From positions 1,989 to 65,988 of the forward strand of contig CAOKOL010000013.1 of assembly GCA_948470335.1 (NCBI GenBank): 64,000 nt of DNA. Reading direction: 5' to 3'. The position numbers and the translations under genes are program-made. Source of the DNA: an uncultured Lachnospiraceae bacterium (GTDB taxonomy: Bacteria; Bacillota; Clostridia; Lachnospirales; Lachnospiraceae). The notes beneath the pieces are model-generated. The model made no database searches, was not told the origin of the DNA, and saw only the letters and a program-made list of their open reading frames with translations. Shown one piece after another: positions 18,865-29,592 of the stretch (within the stretch, counting starts at the first letter, position 1; each line of letters opens with the position of its first letter).

Positions 18865-20130
18865 ATGAAAAAAATGAAAAGAATTTCAGCACTGGCCGTA
18901 GTCCTGGCTATGGTATTCGCTCTGACCGCATGCGGCGGCAAGGACGAAGGCAAAGGCACCACGGCCGCACCTGAAAACACCACGACAGCTCCTGCCGCAG
19001 ACGGTGAAGACACCACGACGGCAGCCGGCGGAGAGGAAGCTACGACGACAGCTCCTGCGGCAGGCGGTGAAATTGCGCAGGGCGGTGCCGCAGAAGGCGT
19101 AAAGGTAGCGGTATTCTATTACAACTTCTCTGATACCTATATTTCCTCAGTGCGTACCGCGCTGGATGCCGAGCTGAACGCAGCAGGCGCAGTGTATCAG
19201 AACTTTGATGCCAACGGCAATCAGACCACCCAGAACGAGAGTATTGACACCGCTCTTACCGACGGTTACAAGATTCTGGTGGTAAATATGGTTACTTCCG
19301 GATCTTCTGACACCGCAAAGTCCATTATTGAGAAGGCCAACAACCATGACGCGCAGGTAATCTTCTTCAACCGTGCCATTGAGGAAGACGGAAATGAAGG
19401 CGCAGTACTCGGTGCAAATGATAATATCTGCTTTATCGGTACCGATGCTCCCGAAGCAGGCCATCTGCAGGGCAAGATGATCGGCGAATATCTGCTGGCG
19501 AACTATGAGACCGTAGATCTGAACGGCGACGGCGTGATCAGCTACGCCATGATGAAGGGCGATGAGGCGAACGTAGAAGCTATTTACCGTACCCAGTACG
19601 GCGTAGAGGATGCCAATGCGGTTCTGACTGCCGCTGACAAGCCCGAACTGGCTTACTTTGACGCATCCAGCCAGTCCGGCTACCAGGTAGATATGGATGG
19701 CCAGTGGTCCGCAAAGGCCGGCCAGGAATATATGCAGACCAACCTGTCCCAGTACAGCGAGGCCAACAACAACATGATCGAGCTGGTAATCTGCAACAAT
19801 GACAATATGGCAGAGGGCGTTGTTTCCGCTCTGCAGGCAGTTGGCTACAACACCGGCGAGGAAGGCAGCAAGACCATTCCCGTATTTGGCGTGGATGCTA
19901 CCACTTCCGCACAGAGCCTGATTGCACAGGGCGCTATGACCGGTACCGTAAAACAGGATGCCGAAGGTATGGCAAAAGCGATCAGAGGCATGGTTGAGAG
20001 CACTGCAGCAGGTACTCCCATGGCTGACGGTATCGCTGCCGTTGCAGGCACCAACGACATCTACAGTGTGGCAGAAGGTGTTGCCAACAAGCTGTATGTT
20101 GCATATTCCGCATTTACCGGAGTAGAATAA
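18865..20130 (+). CDS. mglB: galactose/glucose-type ABC substrate-binding lipoprotein
   Basis: Lipobox ALTACGG, a T/A/G/E-rich linker, then MglB-like blocks (VFYYNFSDTYISSVR..., VIFFNRA). AAGGAGGG lies before the ATG at 18865. Confidence 0.85.
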   Translation: MKKMKRISALAVVLAMVFALTACGGKDEGKGTTAAPENTTTAPAADGEDTTTAAGGEEATTTAPAAGGEIAQGGAAEGVKVAVFYYNFSDTYISSVRTALDAELNAAGAVYQNFDANGNQTTQNESIDTALTDGYKILVVNMVTSGSSDTAKSIIEKANNHDAQVIFFNRAIEEDGNEGAVLGANDNICFIGTDAPEAGHLQGKMIGEYLLANYETVDLNGDGVISYAMMKGDEANVEAIYRTQYGVEDANAVLTAADKPELAYFDASSQSGYQVDMDGQWSAKAGQEYMQTNLSQYSEANNNMIELVICNNDNMAEGVVSALQAVGYNTGEEGSKTIPVFGVDATTSAQSLIAQGAMTGTVKQDAEGMAKAIRGMVESTAAGTPMADGIAAVAGTNDIYSVAEGVANKLYVAYSAFTGVE

Positions 20131-20160
20131 ATAAAGTCGTTATAGAGCGATTGGAGCAGT

Positions 20161-20197
20161 GGAGGGGGCTGCCGCTGAAGCGGCGGCCCTCTTTTTA
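20161..20197 (+). terminator. intra-operon hairpin plus T-tract after mglB
   Basis: GAGGGGGCTGCCGC-TGAA-GCGGCGGCCCTC followed by TTTTT. Confidence 0.6.
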
Positions 20198-20284
20198 AAA
20201 CAATTTTGTTATTTCTAAATCAGGTCTTGTATGAGAAGAATAGGAGGCTTGATTTAAAAATCGTAACAGAAAGGAGCGTTGCGG

Positions 20285-21784
20285 ATGGAGTCGGATGTTT
20301 TATTGCAGATGACGGACGTATGCAAAAGCTTTCCCGGCGTTAAGGCTCTGGACCATGTGTCGCTGACAGTCCGGCGGGGAACGGTTCATGCGCTGATGGG
20401 AGAGAACGGCGCCGGAAAATCCACCTTGATGAAATGCCTGTTCGGCATCTATTTTAAGGATGAGGGAACGACTCTCCTGGAAGGCAGAGAAGTAAATTTC
20501 AAGAGCAGTAAGGATGCCCTTGAAAACGGTGTGGCCATGGTACACCAGGAGCTGAACCAGGCGCTGAAACGCAGCGTTATGGATAATCTGTGGCTTGGCC
20601 GCTATCCTACCACGGGCGGCTTTATCGTAAATGAGCATGCGATGCTGCAGGAGACAAAGCGGGTATTTGAAGAACTGGAAATCGACGTGGACCCTCATCA
20701 GATTATGAGCACACTGCCGGTATCCAAGCGGCAGATGGTGGAGATCGCCAAAGCGGTTTCCTACAATGCCAAAATCATCGTATTCGATGAGCCCACCTCG
20801 TCTCTGACCGAGGAAGAAGTGGAGCATTTATTTCGTATTATCAATATGCTTCGGGATAAAGGCTGCGGCATTATTTATATTTCCCATAAGATGGCGGAGA
20901 TCCTGCGGATTTCCGACGACGTGACAGTGATGCGTGACGGCCAGTGGGTGGACACCAGGCCCGCGGCCGAGCTGGACAATGCGACGCTGATCAAGCTGAT
21001 GGTAGGCCGTGAGCTGGGCAGCCAGTTCCCGCCCAAAACCAATGAGCCGGGAGAGGTTTATCTGGAGGTGGAAGGGCTGACCGCTCAGTATTCCGCCCTG
21101 AAAGACGTCTCTTTTACCGCCCGCAAAGGAGAGATTGTGGGTCTGGCAGGCCTGGACGGCAGCGGCCGTACCGAAACGCTGGAAAATATTTTCGGCGTGG
21201 CTACCCGCCATTCGGGTGTCATTAAGCTGGGCGGAAAAACGGTAAAGAACAAAAATTCCCGTCAGTCTATCAAGGCCGGGTTTGCCCTGCTGACGGAGGA
21301 ACGCCGGGCCACGGGTATTTTCGGTATCCGGAATATCCGGGATAACACGGTGATTTCCAGTTTGAAAAAACATTTAAAAGCCCATATCTGCCTCAGCGAG
21401 AAATCCATGCATGAGGATACGAAGTGGGCCATCGAAGCCATGCGGATCAAGACGCCGAACCAGGAAGAAAAGATTCGTTCACTGTCAGGCGGCAATCAGC
21501 AGAAGGTTATTCTGGGGCGCTGGCTTTTGACCTCCCCGGAGGTGCTGCTGTTGGATGAGCCGACAAGAGGTATTGACGTCGGCGCGAAATATGAGATTTA
21601 TCAGTTAATTATTGATCTGGCCAATGAGGGAAAGACCGTACTGATGGTTTCCTCGGAGATGCCTGAGCTGTTGGGCGTGTGTGACCGCATTCTGGTTATG
21701 TCCGGCGGACGGCTGGCCGGCGAGGTGGATGCCCGTACCGCCACCCAGGAAGAAATCATGACGTTAGCTGCGAAATTTGCCTGA
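20285..21784 (+). CDS. mglA: galactose/methyl-galactoside ABC ATP-binding protein (duplicated ATPase)
   Basis: Near-colinear with E. coli MglA as recalled (GENGAGKSTLMKCLFGIY, SLSGGNQQKV, LLLDEPTRGIDVGAK). Confidence 0.9.
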   Translation: MESDVLLQMTDVCKSFPGVKALDHVSLTVRRGTVHALMGENGAGKSTLMKCLFGIYFKDEGTTLLEGREVNFKSSKDALENGVAMVHQELNQALKRSVMDNLWLGRYPTTGGFIVNEHAMLQETKRVFEELEIDVDPHQIMSTLPVSKRQMVEIAKAVSYNAKIIVFDEPTSSLTEEEVEHLFRIINMLRDKGCGIIYISHKMAEILRISDDVTVMRDGQWVDTRPAAELDNATLIKLMVGRELGSQFPPKTNEPGEVYLEVEGLTAQYSALKDVSFTARKGEIVGLAGLDGSGRTETLENIFGVATRHSGVIKLGGKTVKNKNSRQSIKAGFALLTEERRATGIFGIRNIRDNTVISSLKKHLKAHICLSEKSMHEDTKWAIEAMRIKTPNQEEKIRSLSGGNQQKVILGRWLLTSPEVLLLDEPTRGIDVGAKYEIYQLIIDLANEGKTVLMVSSEMPELLGVCDRILVMSGGRLAGEVDARTATQEEIMTLAAKFA

Positions 21785-21803
21785 TGAGGGGAGGATGTAA
21801 TCA

Positions 21804-22880
21804 ATGAAAAATCCTGTCAATGCGCTGAAACAGACATCCGAGCGCTATAAAACGCTGGATGCCAAAGACCGCAAAAAGTTCTGGATCGACGGATTGCTGA
21901 ACAATGCCATCTATATTATTCTGGTAATCTTTCTGATCTATACCTATATGAAAAATTCCAATATCGCCTCCGCGTCTTCCGCAGTCAATCTGCTGAATCT
22001 GGTGGCGGCAAACCTGCCCATGGCGCTGGGAATCGGCGGCTGTATCGTACTGACCGGTACCGACCTGTCGGCAGGCCGTGTGGTAGGCCTGACCGGAGCG
22101 ATTTCCGCTTCTCTTTTACAGGCGACTACCTATATCAACAAATTTTACGCGGATATGGGCGAGGTGCCTATCATCGCGGTAATTCTGCTGGCTATGCTGA
22201 TCGGCGGTGTCGTGGGTCTGGTAAACGGATTCTTCGTAGCGAAATTCCAGCTGCACCCATTTATCGTAACACTGGCGACACAGTTGATCGTATACGGCGC
22301 CTGCCTGCTGTACTATATGTCCAACGGGAACAACGGACAGCCGATCTCCGGTCTGTCTGACAAATATACCAACTTTGTAAAAGGTACGATCCTGCCGAAG
22401 ATCGGCGGGCAGAGCATTCCCAATTATGTGATCTATGCGCTGATTGTGCTGGCGATTATGTGGTTTATCTGGAACAAGACTCCTTTCGGCAAAAATATGT
22501 TCGCGGTGGGTTCCAATCCGGAGGCGGCCAAGGTTTCCGGTGTAAACGTATTCCTGACCACCGTGATGGTGCATACCCTGGCGGGTATCACATACGGTTA
22601 TACCGGTTTTATCGACGCGGCCCGTATCGCTTCCAATACGGCCAACTCCGGACAGAACTATGAGTCCGACGCCATTGCGGCCTGTGTAATCGGCGGCGTT
22701 TCCTTCGTCGGCGGTACCGGAACCATCGGCGGCGTGGTACTGGGCGTTGTGCTTCTGCGTATCATTTTCGTCTGCCTGAACTATCTGGCTATCGATCAGA
22801 ACCTGCAGTATATTATCAAGGGTGCCATCATTCTGCTGGCATGTTCCATTGATATGCGGAAGTATCTGACAAAGAAATAA
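21804..22880 (+). CDS. mglC: sugar ABC permease
   Basis: Polytopic 358 aa with the branched-chain/monosaccharide permease signature (TGTDLSAGRVVGL). Follows mglA. Confidence 0.9.
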   Translation: MKNPVNALKQTSERYKTLDAKDRKKFWIDGLLNNAIYIILVIFLIYTYMKNSNIASASSAVNLLNLVAANLPMALGIGGCIVLTGTDLSAGRVVGLTGAISASLLQATTYINKFYADMGEVPIIAVILLAMLIGGVVGLVNGFFVAKFQLHPFIVTLATQLIVYGACLLYYMSNGNNGQPISGLSDKYTNFVKGTILPKIGGQSIPNYVIYALIVLAIMWFIWNKTPFGKNMFAVGSNPEAAKVSGVNVFLTTVMVHTLAGITYGYTGFIDAARIASNTANSGQNYESDAIAACVIGGVSFVGGTGTIGGVVLGVVLLRIIFVCLNYLAIDQNLQYIIKGAIILLACSIDMRKYLTKK

Positions 22881-22884
22881 AAGG

Positions 22885-23406
22885 GTGAAATTGATTAATC
22901 AATCAGCAGAGTATTTGAAAGAATCGGAACAAATTTCCAAAGAACAAGCAGCGGAACCTGTAAAAACAACAGAACAGTCATCAGGCCAGACAGCCGGACC
23001 GAAGCCGGGGAATGCTTCCCCCGGCGCCCGGCGGTATGGCCTGTTTGGCGTGTCGGCCTATCCTGAAAGACAGGGGATGGAGGAGGAGCAGCGCCAGAGT
23101 ATGTCCCGGTGGGCAGGCGGCGTGATTCTTTTTCTGATGGCCGGTGTGATGGCGCTGCTTCTGATGGCAGGCTCCGGCTCCAAAGGCCTGACCGTCACCT
23201 TTGACAGCCAGGGCGGCAGCGAGGCGGCGGTGCAGTCCGTTCCCTTCGGAGGCACGGTGGAAGAACCGGACCCGGTAGCCAGGCCCGGCTATGTGATGAA
23301 GGGATGGAGTGTCACTCCCGACGGCAGTCAGCCATGGGATTTTGATCAAGATACCGTGACGGAAGCACTCACACTGTATGCGGTATGGGAGGCGGACCCA
23401 GGGTGA
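22885..23406 (+). CDS. single-pass membrane protein with one Listeria-Bacteroides (Flg_new-type) repeat
   Basis: TM helix GGVILFLMAGVMALLLMAG. Then LTVTFDSQGGS...GYVMKGWSVTPDGSQPWDFD...LTLYAVW. GTG start 4 nt after the mglC stop; the start is uncertain. Confidence 0.5.
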   Translation: MKLINQSAEYLKESEQISKEQAAEPVKTTEQSSGQTAGPKPGNASPGARRYGLFGVSAYPERQGMEEEQRQSMSRWAGGVILFLMAGVMALLLMAGSGSKGLTVTFDSQGGSEAAVQSVPFGGTVEEPDPVARPGYVMKGWSVTPDGSQPWDFDQDTVTEALTLYAVWEADPG

Positions 23407-23626
23407 AAAAAGGAATTTCAGGTTTTTGAATTGAGAAACATCCGGCGGAGTGGGCAGGCGGCGCATTGTGCCGGATCAGCATTTGCGGATTTGAATTTTT
23501 ATGCAAAGGCTATTGTATAATGCAAAAAAAAATGGTAAATTATCATGGTAATCCGACAGGGCATAAAACTGACCGGCGAAATACGCCGGTGATCTGTAGC
23601 TGTCGGAGTGACAAGGAGGAGCCATT

Positions 23627-24565
23627 TTGATTAAATTCATATGCAAAAGAGTCCTTCAGATGATTCCGATTTTATTTGCGGTATCCGTTCTGATTTTCTG
23701 CATGGTCAGGATCACCCCTTCCGATCCCATTGCATCCATGACCAAGGGCAGGAAAACCAGCGCGGAAACCAGGCAGTCGCTGGAGGAAAAATATCATCTG
23801 GATAAATCTCTGCCGGAGCAGTATCTGATCTGGATTACTAATGCGATGCGGGGAGATCTGGGGGACAGCTTTGAGTATAAGCAGTCGGTGAATTCCCTGA
23901 TTGCGGGACGGCTGCCCACCACGGCCCAGTTGGTGCTGATGAGCGCAGTGCTGGCGCTGGTGATCGCCATTCCCACAGGCGTAATCAGCGCGGTGCGGAT
24001 GAACCGGCTGACAGACCGGATTCTGTCGGTGCTGACCCTGATATTCGTGGCATCTCCGGTATTCCTTACGGCCATCGCCCTGATGCTGGTGTTTGCCCTG
24101 CGTTTAAAAATGTTTCCGTCTTTCGGAAGCGGAAAAACCTTTGCGGAAAATCTGCGGTATCTGTTTCTGCCCTCGGTGGCCCTGAGCCTGAATATGGTAG
24201 CCCTGATTTCCAGAATCACCCGCAGCAATATGATCGAGCAGTTAAATTCCAATTATGCCGCCACGGCGCTGGCGAAAGGGATTCCCTATTATAAAGTAGT
24301 GATGAAGCATTGTTTTAAAAATGCGGTGATTCCGGTGATTACGGTGGCCAGCATTCAGATCGGAACCATGCTGGTGGGAGCGGTGCTGGTGGAAAATGTC
24401 TTTGCCCTGGGCGGTCTTGGCGATATCCTGATCGGCGGCGTCAAGTCCTCGGACTATCCGGTGGTGCAGGGAATCACGCTGATGCTGGTGACCGTGTTTT
24501 TACTGATTAATCTGCTGGTGGATATCGTATATGCTTTGATTGATCCCAGAATCCGGCTTAAGTAG
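23627..24565 (+). CDS. peptide/nickel-type ABC permease (DppB/OppB-like)
   Basis: MIKFICKRVLQMIPILFAVSVLIFCMVRITPSDP N-terminus. TTG start with AAGGAGG upstream. Confidence 0.85.
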   Translation: MIKFICKRVLQMIPILFAVSVLIFCMVRITPSDPIASMTKGRKTSAETRQSLEEKYHLDKSLPEQYLIWITNAMRGDLGDSFEYKQSVNSLIAGRLPTTAQLVLMSAVLALVIAIPTGVISAVRMNRLTDRILSVLTLIFVASPVFLTAIALMLVFALRLKMFPSFGSGKTFAENLRYLFLPSVALSLNMVALISRITRSNMIEQLNSNYAATALAKGIPYYKVVMKHCFKNAVIPVITVASIQIGTMLVGAVLVENVFALGGLGDILIGGVKSSDYPVVQGITLMLVTVFLLINLLVDIVYALIDPRIRLK

Positions 24566-24677
24566 CGGCGTCAGATGATTTGTGACAAAACAGCAGCGGA
24601 TCGTATAAGCCCCGGAGCTGCGAAACTTTAATGGCAGAGAAGCTGCGGAATGATAATGGATGAGGCAGGTAAAAGGT

Positions 24678-25622
24678 ATGGCGAAATTTTCGGAAATTTT
24701 CTGGCATAAGCCGTTGTTTCCCGGTATACATAAAAAGAAACAGGAGGGCCGTTTCTTTACGGTCCCCATGGTGTTGTCGATGCTGTTTCTGGGGCTGATT
24801 ATTCTGTGCTGTATTCTGGCGCCGGCTATCTCCCCCTATTCTCCCACGGAGCAGAACCTGCAGGATTCGCTGGCGCTGCCTTCCATGAAGCATCTTCTGG
24901 GTGCGGACAAGGTGGGACGTGATCTGCTGACCCGCCTGTTTTACGGCGGCAGAACCACGCTTTTAAGCGCCATCGGCGTTGTGGCTTTTTCCGTGGCGGC
25001 GGGGGTGCCGTTAGGGCTGGTGTCCGGTTATTACGGCGGTCTGGCCGATGCGGTGATCGGCCGTGTCTGTGACGTGGTTCTGGCCTTTCCTTCCCTGCTG
25101 CTGGCATTTGTGCTGGTAGCCGGATTCGGGCGGGGCATGTTCAGTGCGGTGGTGGCTCTGGGCATCGTCTATGTGCCCATGCTGGCCAGACTGGTCAGAT
25201 CGCTGACGCTGGTGGAGAAAAATAAGACCTATGTGGAGGCGGCGGGTTCCATCGGATATTCCGATGCCAGAATCATGTTTATTCATATTCTGCCAAACTG
25301 TGTGTCCACGATTACCGTGCAGATTACGCTGGATCTGGCCTATGCTATTCTGGATCTGGCGTCGCTAAGCTTTTTGGGGCTGGGCGTGCAGCCGCCCACG
25401 GCAGACTGGGGAGCCATGCTGGATGAGGGAAGAAATTTCCTCCTGCAAAATCCTTTGCTTGCGCTGGCACCCGGCATCGCCATTATCGTTACGGTAGTGG
25501 CGCTGAATATATGCAGCGACGGGCTGCATCAGTATTTCGAGCCGGTGCAGAGAAAGCTGCCTTCCTTTAAACAGGCGGAGAAACAGGCCGAGAGGCGTAA
25601 AAGAAAAGAGGGGGTGGCCTGA
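24678..25622 (+). CDS. peptide/nickel-type ABC permease (DppC/OppC-like)
   Basis: HLLGADKVGRDLLTRLFYGGR block. The start could also be 24660. Confidence 0.8.
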   Translation: MAKFSEIFWHKPLFPGIHKKKQEGRFFTVPMVLSMLFLGLIILCCILAPAISPYSPTEQNLQDSLALPSMKHLLGADKVGRDLLTRLFYGGRTTLLSAIGVVAFSVAAGVPLGLVSGYYGGLADAVIGRVCDVVLAFPSLLLAFVLVAGFGRGMFSAVVALGIVYVPMLARLVRSLTLVEKNKTYVEAAGSIGYSDARIMFIHILPNCVSTITVQITLDLAYAILDLASLSFLGLGVQPPTADWGAMLDEGRNFLLQNPLLALAPGIAIIVTVVALNICSDGLHQYFEPVQRKLPSFKQAEKQAERRKRKEGVA

Positions 25623-26698
25623 TGGCGCAGGAACCGAAGCTGACGGAACAGGAAGGGCATATGGCGGATGAAAAGCCGGAATCTGAGACCGGGTGCAAAG
25701 ATACGGGCGGGGACGGAGCGGAAAATCTGCTGGAGATAAAAGATTTGAAGCTGGATCTGATGTCGGTCCGGGGAATCATCCATGCCCTGAACGGTGTAAA
25801 TCTGAAAATCAGGCCAGGGGAAATCCACGGCCTGGTGGGCGAGAGCGGTTCCGGGAAAAGCATGACCTCCAAGTCCGTTATGCGGCTGCACAATGAGCAG
25901 CGGAGCCGTATGAGCGGAAAGATTCTGTTTCACGGCAGAGATTTGCTGAAAGCTTCCCGTAAACAGATGCAGGCGATCCGTGGCGGAAAGATTTCCATGA
26001 TTTTTCAGGACCCCATGACCTCTCTGAATCCGCTGCTGACCGTCGGAGAGCAGATCGGGGAAACCTACCGGCAGCATGAAAAATGTTCAAAGGCCGAGGC
26101 GAAGAAAAAAACCTGTGAGATTTTGGAGAAAGTGGGTATCTATCCGCCGGAAAAGAGAGCGCTGCAGTACCCCTTTGAATTAAGCGGCGGCCTGCAGCAG
26201 CGGGTGATGATCGCCATCGCCATTGCCTGCGGTCCGGATCTGCTGATCGCCGACGAACCGACTACGGCGCTGGATGTGACGATTCAGGCCCAGATTCTGG
26301 AGCTTCTGAAAAAGCTGTCGGAGGATATGGGCATGTCCGTTCTGCTGATTACTCACAATTTCGGTATTGTTGCGGAAATCTGTGACCGGGTGTCCGTGAT
26401 GTATGCCGGGAAAGTGGTGGAGACCTGTGATACGAAAACCATTTTCCGGGATGCGGCCCACCCTTACAGCAGGGCGCTGATCGCCAGCATTCCCAAAACC
26501 GGAATGAATGTGGAATATCTGCCCACGATTCCCGGCAGTCCGCCGGAACTGTATGGGGAAAACAAAGCCTGCGCATATCTGCCCAGATGTTCTTACAGAG
26601 ACAACCGCTGTCTGCAGGCGCCGGAGATGAAAAGCTGCGGCGTCGGGCATCTGGCGGCCTGTCACCATTTACAGGCACAGGAAGCGGAAAAAGACTGA
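25622..26698 (+). CDS. ABC ATP-binding protein (DppD/OppD-like)
   Basis: Walker A GESGSGKS, signature LSGGLQQR, and a C-terminal oligopeptide-ATPase extension with Cys residues. The ATG overlaps the preceding stop. Confidence 0.85.
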   Translation: MAQEPKLTEQEGHMADEKPESETGCKDTGGDGAENLLEIKDLKLDLMSVRGIIHALNGVNLKIRPGEIHGLVGESGSGKSMTSKSVMRLHNEQRSRMSGKILFHGRDLLKASRKQMQAIRGGKISMIFQDPMTSLNPLLTVGEQIGETYRQHEKCSKAEAKKKTCEILEKVGIYPPEKRALQYPFELSGGLQQRVMIAIAIACGPDLLIADEPTTALDVTIQAQILELLKKLSEDMGMSVLLITHNFGIVAEICDRVSVMYAGKVVETCDTKTIFRDAAHPYSRALIASIPKTGMNVEYLPTIPGSPPELYGENKACAYLPRCSYRDNRCLQAPEMKSCGVGHLAACHHLQAQEAEKD

Positions 26699-26752
26699 TA
26701 AAAGTTTGTAAAATGTTAGGCTTGTTGATAACGGGAATAAAAGGATAGGGCT

Positions 26753-27745
26753 ATGACGACGAATGAGCATCTGATCAACAGAGAACATAAGATTCTGCAG
26801 GTGAGAAATCTGAAAAAATATTATGGTACCGGTTCGAAAACGTTAAAGGCGCTGGACGACGTCTCTTTTGAGGTGTGTGAAGGGGAGATTATGGGCGTGG
26901 TGGGGGAGAGCGGCTGCGGAAAATCCACGTTGGGCCGTTCGGTTTTAAGGCTGTTTCCCATCACGGGAGGAGAGATCCTTTTTGACGGGACGGACATTTC
27001 CGCCATGAACGCCAGGGAATTGAAGCCCTACCGCAGAAACATGCAGATGGTGTTCCAGAACCCGTTTTCCTCGTTTAATCCCAAACAGAAGCTGGGAACC
27101 GCTCTGCGGGAGGTGGGCAAGGTATACGGCATGAAAGAGGATCGGCTGAAAGAGAAACTCTCGCAGTTGATGGAGTATATCGGCCTGCCGGAGCATATGC
27201 TGCAGAGACATCCCGGCGAATTGAGCGGCGGGCAGCTGCAGCGTCTGGCCATTGCCAGGGCGCTGATTCTTGACCCCGCTTTTATTGTGGCGGACGAGGC
27301 CGTGTCCGCTCTGGACGTGTCGGTGCAGGCCCAGATTTTGAATCTGATCACCGACCTGAGAAAACGGCTTCGGATGACCATGCTTTTTATCTCTCATGAG
27401 ATGAGCGTGGTGGAGCATATCTGCGATCAGGTGGCGGTGATGTATCTGGGCAGGATTGTGGAGACAGCCCCTGCCAGGGAACTGTTTTCCGATATCCGCC
27501 ATCCTTACACCCAGGCGCTGATGTCGGCGATCCCGAAGGCTGATCCGGAGGAACGAAAGGAACGGATTATCCTGGAAGGAGATATCCCCAATGCCATTGA
27601 TCTGCCAGAAGGCTGCAGCTTTGCTTCCCGGTGCCGGTACTGCACGGCGGAATGTAAAGAAAAGAGGCCGGAGCTGAAATCTGTGGGTGAAAATCATCTT
27701 GTTGCATGTCATCATATAGAAAAAGCAAAGGATATCAGAGGCTGA
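26753..27745 (+). CDS. ABC ATP-binding protein (DppF/OppF-like)
   Basis: GESGCGKST, LSGGQLQR and HPYTQALMSAIP blocks. Confidence 0.85.
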   Translation: MTTNEHLINREHKILQVRNLKKYYGTGSKTLKALDDVSFEVCEGEIMGVVGESGCGKSTLGRSVLRLFPITGGEILFDGTDISAMNARELKPYRRNMQMVFQNPFSSFNPKQKLGTALREVGKVYGMKEDRLKEKLSQLMEYIGLPEHMLQRHPGELSGGQLQRLAIARALILDPAFIVADEAVSALDVSVQAQILNLITDLRKRLRMTMLFISHEMSVVEHICDQVAVMYLGRIVETAPARELFSDIRHPYTQALMSAIPKADPEERKERIILEGDIPNAIDLPEGCSFASRCRYCTAECKEKRPELKSVGENHLVACHHIEKAKDIRG

Positions 27746-27884
27746 GAAGCCCTTTGATATAGAGTAATTGATATCTGTTTATCATTTGCCCGGTTTCAAC
27801 GGGGGTAGAAGGATACCCGAATGGTTTGCGGATAACCGGGCAGAGAGAACGGATATGAAATGAAAATCAGGAGGATAAAATTTT

Positions 27885-29552
27885 ATGAAGAAACTGTTTG
27901 CCATGTTTCTGACACTGACATTGACTGTTTCTCTGCTGGCCGGCTGCGGCGGCAAGGAGGATGCGCCGGCGGGAACCGAGACGGCCGGAGAGAGCCAGAC
28001 GGCCGCCGATGCCAAAACAGAAGGCGATGCGGCGGGAAAGACTGCTTTTACGATTGCTCTGGACAGCGATATCGTGGCTCTGGACCCGGCGTTTGCCTAT
28101 GATTTTACTACGAATCCCGTGGTGAACCAGATTACCCAGGGACTGCTTACCTTTGATGAAAATAATGAGCTGGTTCCGCAACTGGCCAGCAGCTGGGAGG
28201 CAACGGACGATACCACTTATGTGTATCAGATCAGGGACGACGTTACTTTTTCCGACGGAAGCGCCATGACCATGGATGACGTGCTGTTCTCTATTGAGAG
28301 AATTATGAATCCCGATACGGCTTCCTATCTGCTCTGGATGTTTGACAATGTGGATTCCGTAGAGCAGACGGGAGACTGGGAGCTGACCATCCATTTAAAA
28401 GAGCCTTCCGCTTCCTGGAAATATATTATGGCTACCACGGCGGGACATGTAATCAGCAAAGCTTATTATGAGGCCAATGCGGATACTTTCGGCACCGCGG
28501 AGGGCGGCCTGATGGGAACCGGTCCTTATGTATATGAAAGCTGGCAGAGCGGTCAGGAAATCGTGCTGAAAAGAAACGAGAATTACTGGGACAAAGACCA
28601 GACCATTGCCATGGATACGCTGGTATTCAAGATTATTCCTGAAGATACTACCAGAGTGACCGCGCTGCAGACCGGGGAGGTGGACTTTACGGCCAGTACG
28701 CCCATCGACCTGCTGGATACGGTAAAAGCGGACGAAAACCTGAACGTACAGGACGTGCAGACCATGGGCGCGGTATTCCTGGCCTTTAATACGGGACGGG
28801 CGCCTTTTAACGATATCAATGTGCGTAAAGCCGTGGCTTCTGCCATTAACCTGGAATCCATCCATGAAAATATTGTAAAGGATGCGGGCCAGGTGGGCGG
28901 CTGTATGCCCAACAGCTCTATCCTGTATACGGTTAATCCTGACGAGTGGGCCAGCTATGTGGCCGGCGCCGACGCCTGCGCTTATAATGTGACGGAGGCG
29001 AAGAATTATCTGGCCCAGTCCGACTATGCCGGCGGCTTTGACTGTACAATGATTATTTCCGAGGATTCCATGCGTTATTCCATGGCGCTGGCCATTCAGG
29101 AATATCTGAAAGAGCTGAATATCAATGTGGAGCTGGTGAAGGTTTCCGCGGACGAGCATACCAGCTATCAGTTCGGCGGTGTCTTTGACGCTGACGGCAA
29201 CCGGGATTACGATATGATTATGGCCGGATGGGAAGCGGATTATCCTGATGTGGCCAGCAATATTGAGCCGCTGTTTGCCGCCTACAACGCAGGGGAAGGC
29301 GGTTCCAATTCCGCCGTATACCAGAATGAGGAAGTGGACGCGCTGATCAGAAAGCAGTCCGCCAGCCTGGACGACGCGGCCCGCAACCAGGATCTGTTTG
29401 CGGTGATGGATCAGGTAAACGCGGATACCCCCTATGTGTTTCTGACCTATCCCAACCGGCAGGCGACCATGAATAAGGCATTCACAGGCTATACCATGAG
29501 CGCCTCCTGGCTCTGGAACATGTTCTTTATGGATATTTGTCCGGCAGAGTGA
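27885..29552 (+). CDS. family-5 ABC substrate-binding lipoprotein (peptide/nickel type)
   Basis: Lipobox LLAGCGG. 555 aa with typical SBP_bac_5 blocks (ALDPAFAYDFTTNPVVNQITQGLL). Confidence 0.85.
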   Translation: MKKLFAMFLTLTLTVSLLAGCGGKEDAPAGTETAGESQTAADAKTEGDAAGKTAFTIALDSDIVALDPAFAYDFTTNPVVNQITQGLLTFDENNELVPQLASSWEATDDTTYVYQIRDDVTFSDGSAMTMDDVLFSIERIMNPDTASYLLWMFDNVDSVEQTGDWELTIHLKEPSASWKYIMATTAGHVISKAYYEANADTFGTAEGGLMGTGPYVYESWQSGQEIVLKRNENYWDKDQTIAMDTLVFKIIPEDTTRVTALQTGEVDFTASTPIDLLDTVKADENLNVQDVQTMGAVFLAFNTGRAPFNDINVRKAVASAINLESIHENIVKDAGQVGGCMPNSSILYTVNPDEWASYVAGADACAYNVTEAKNYLAQSDYAGGFDCTMIISEDSMRYSMALAIQEYLKELNINVELVKVSADEHTSYQFGGVFDADGNRDYDMIMAGWEADYPDVASNIEPLFAAYNAGEGGSNSAVYQNEEVDALIRKQSASLDDAARNQDLFAVMDQVNADTPYVFLTYPNRQATMNKAFTGYTMSASWLWNMFFMDICPAE

Positions 29553-29592
29553 GAGGCCATGGGAGAATCATGAAAGAAAGTAAGAGGTCGGT

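Noticed and set aside
23491-23521. Promoter candidate TTGAAT ... TATAAT upstream of the peptide ABC operon
   Set aside because: The hexamers are good, but the spacer is 19 nt by my count, which is outside the usual 16-18 nt. I left it out of the feature list.
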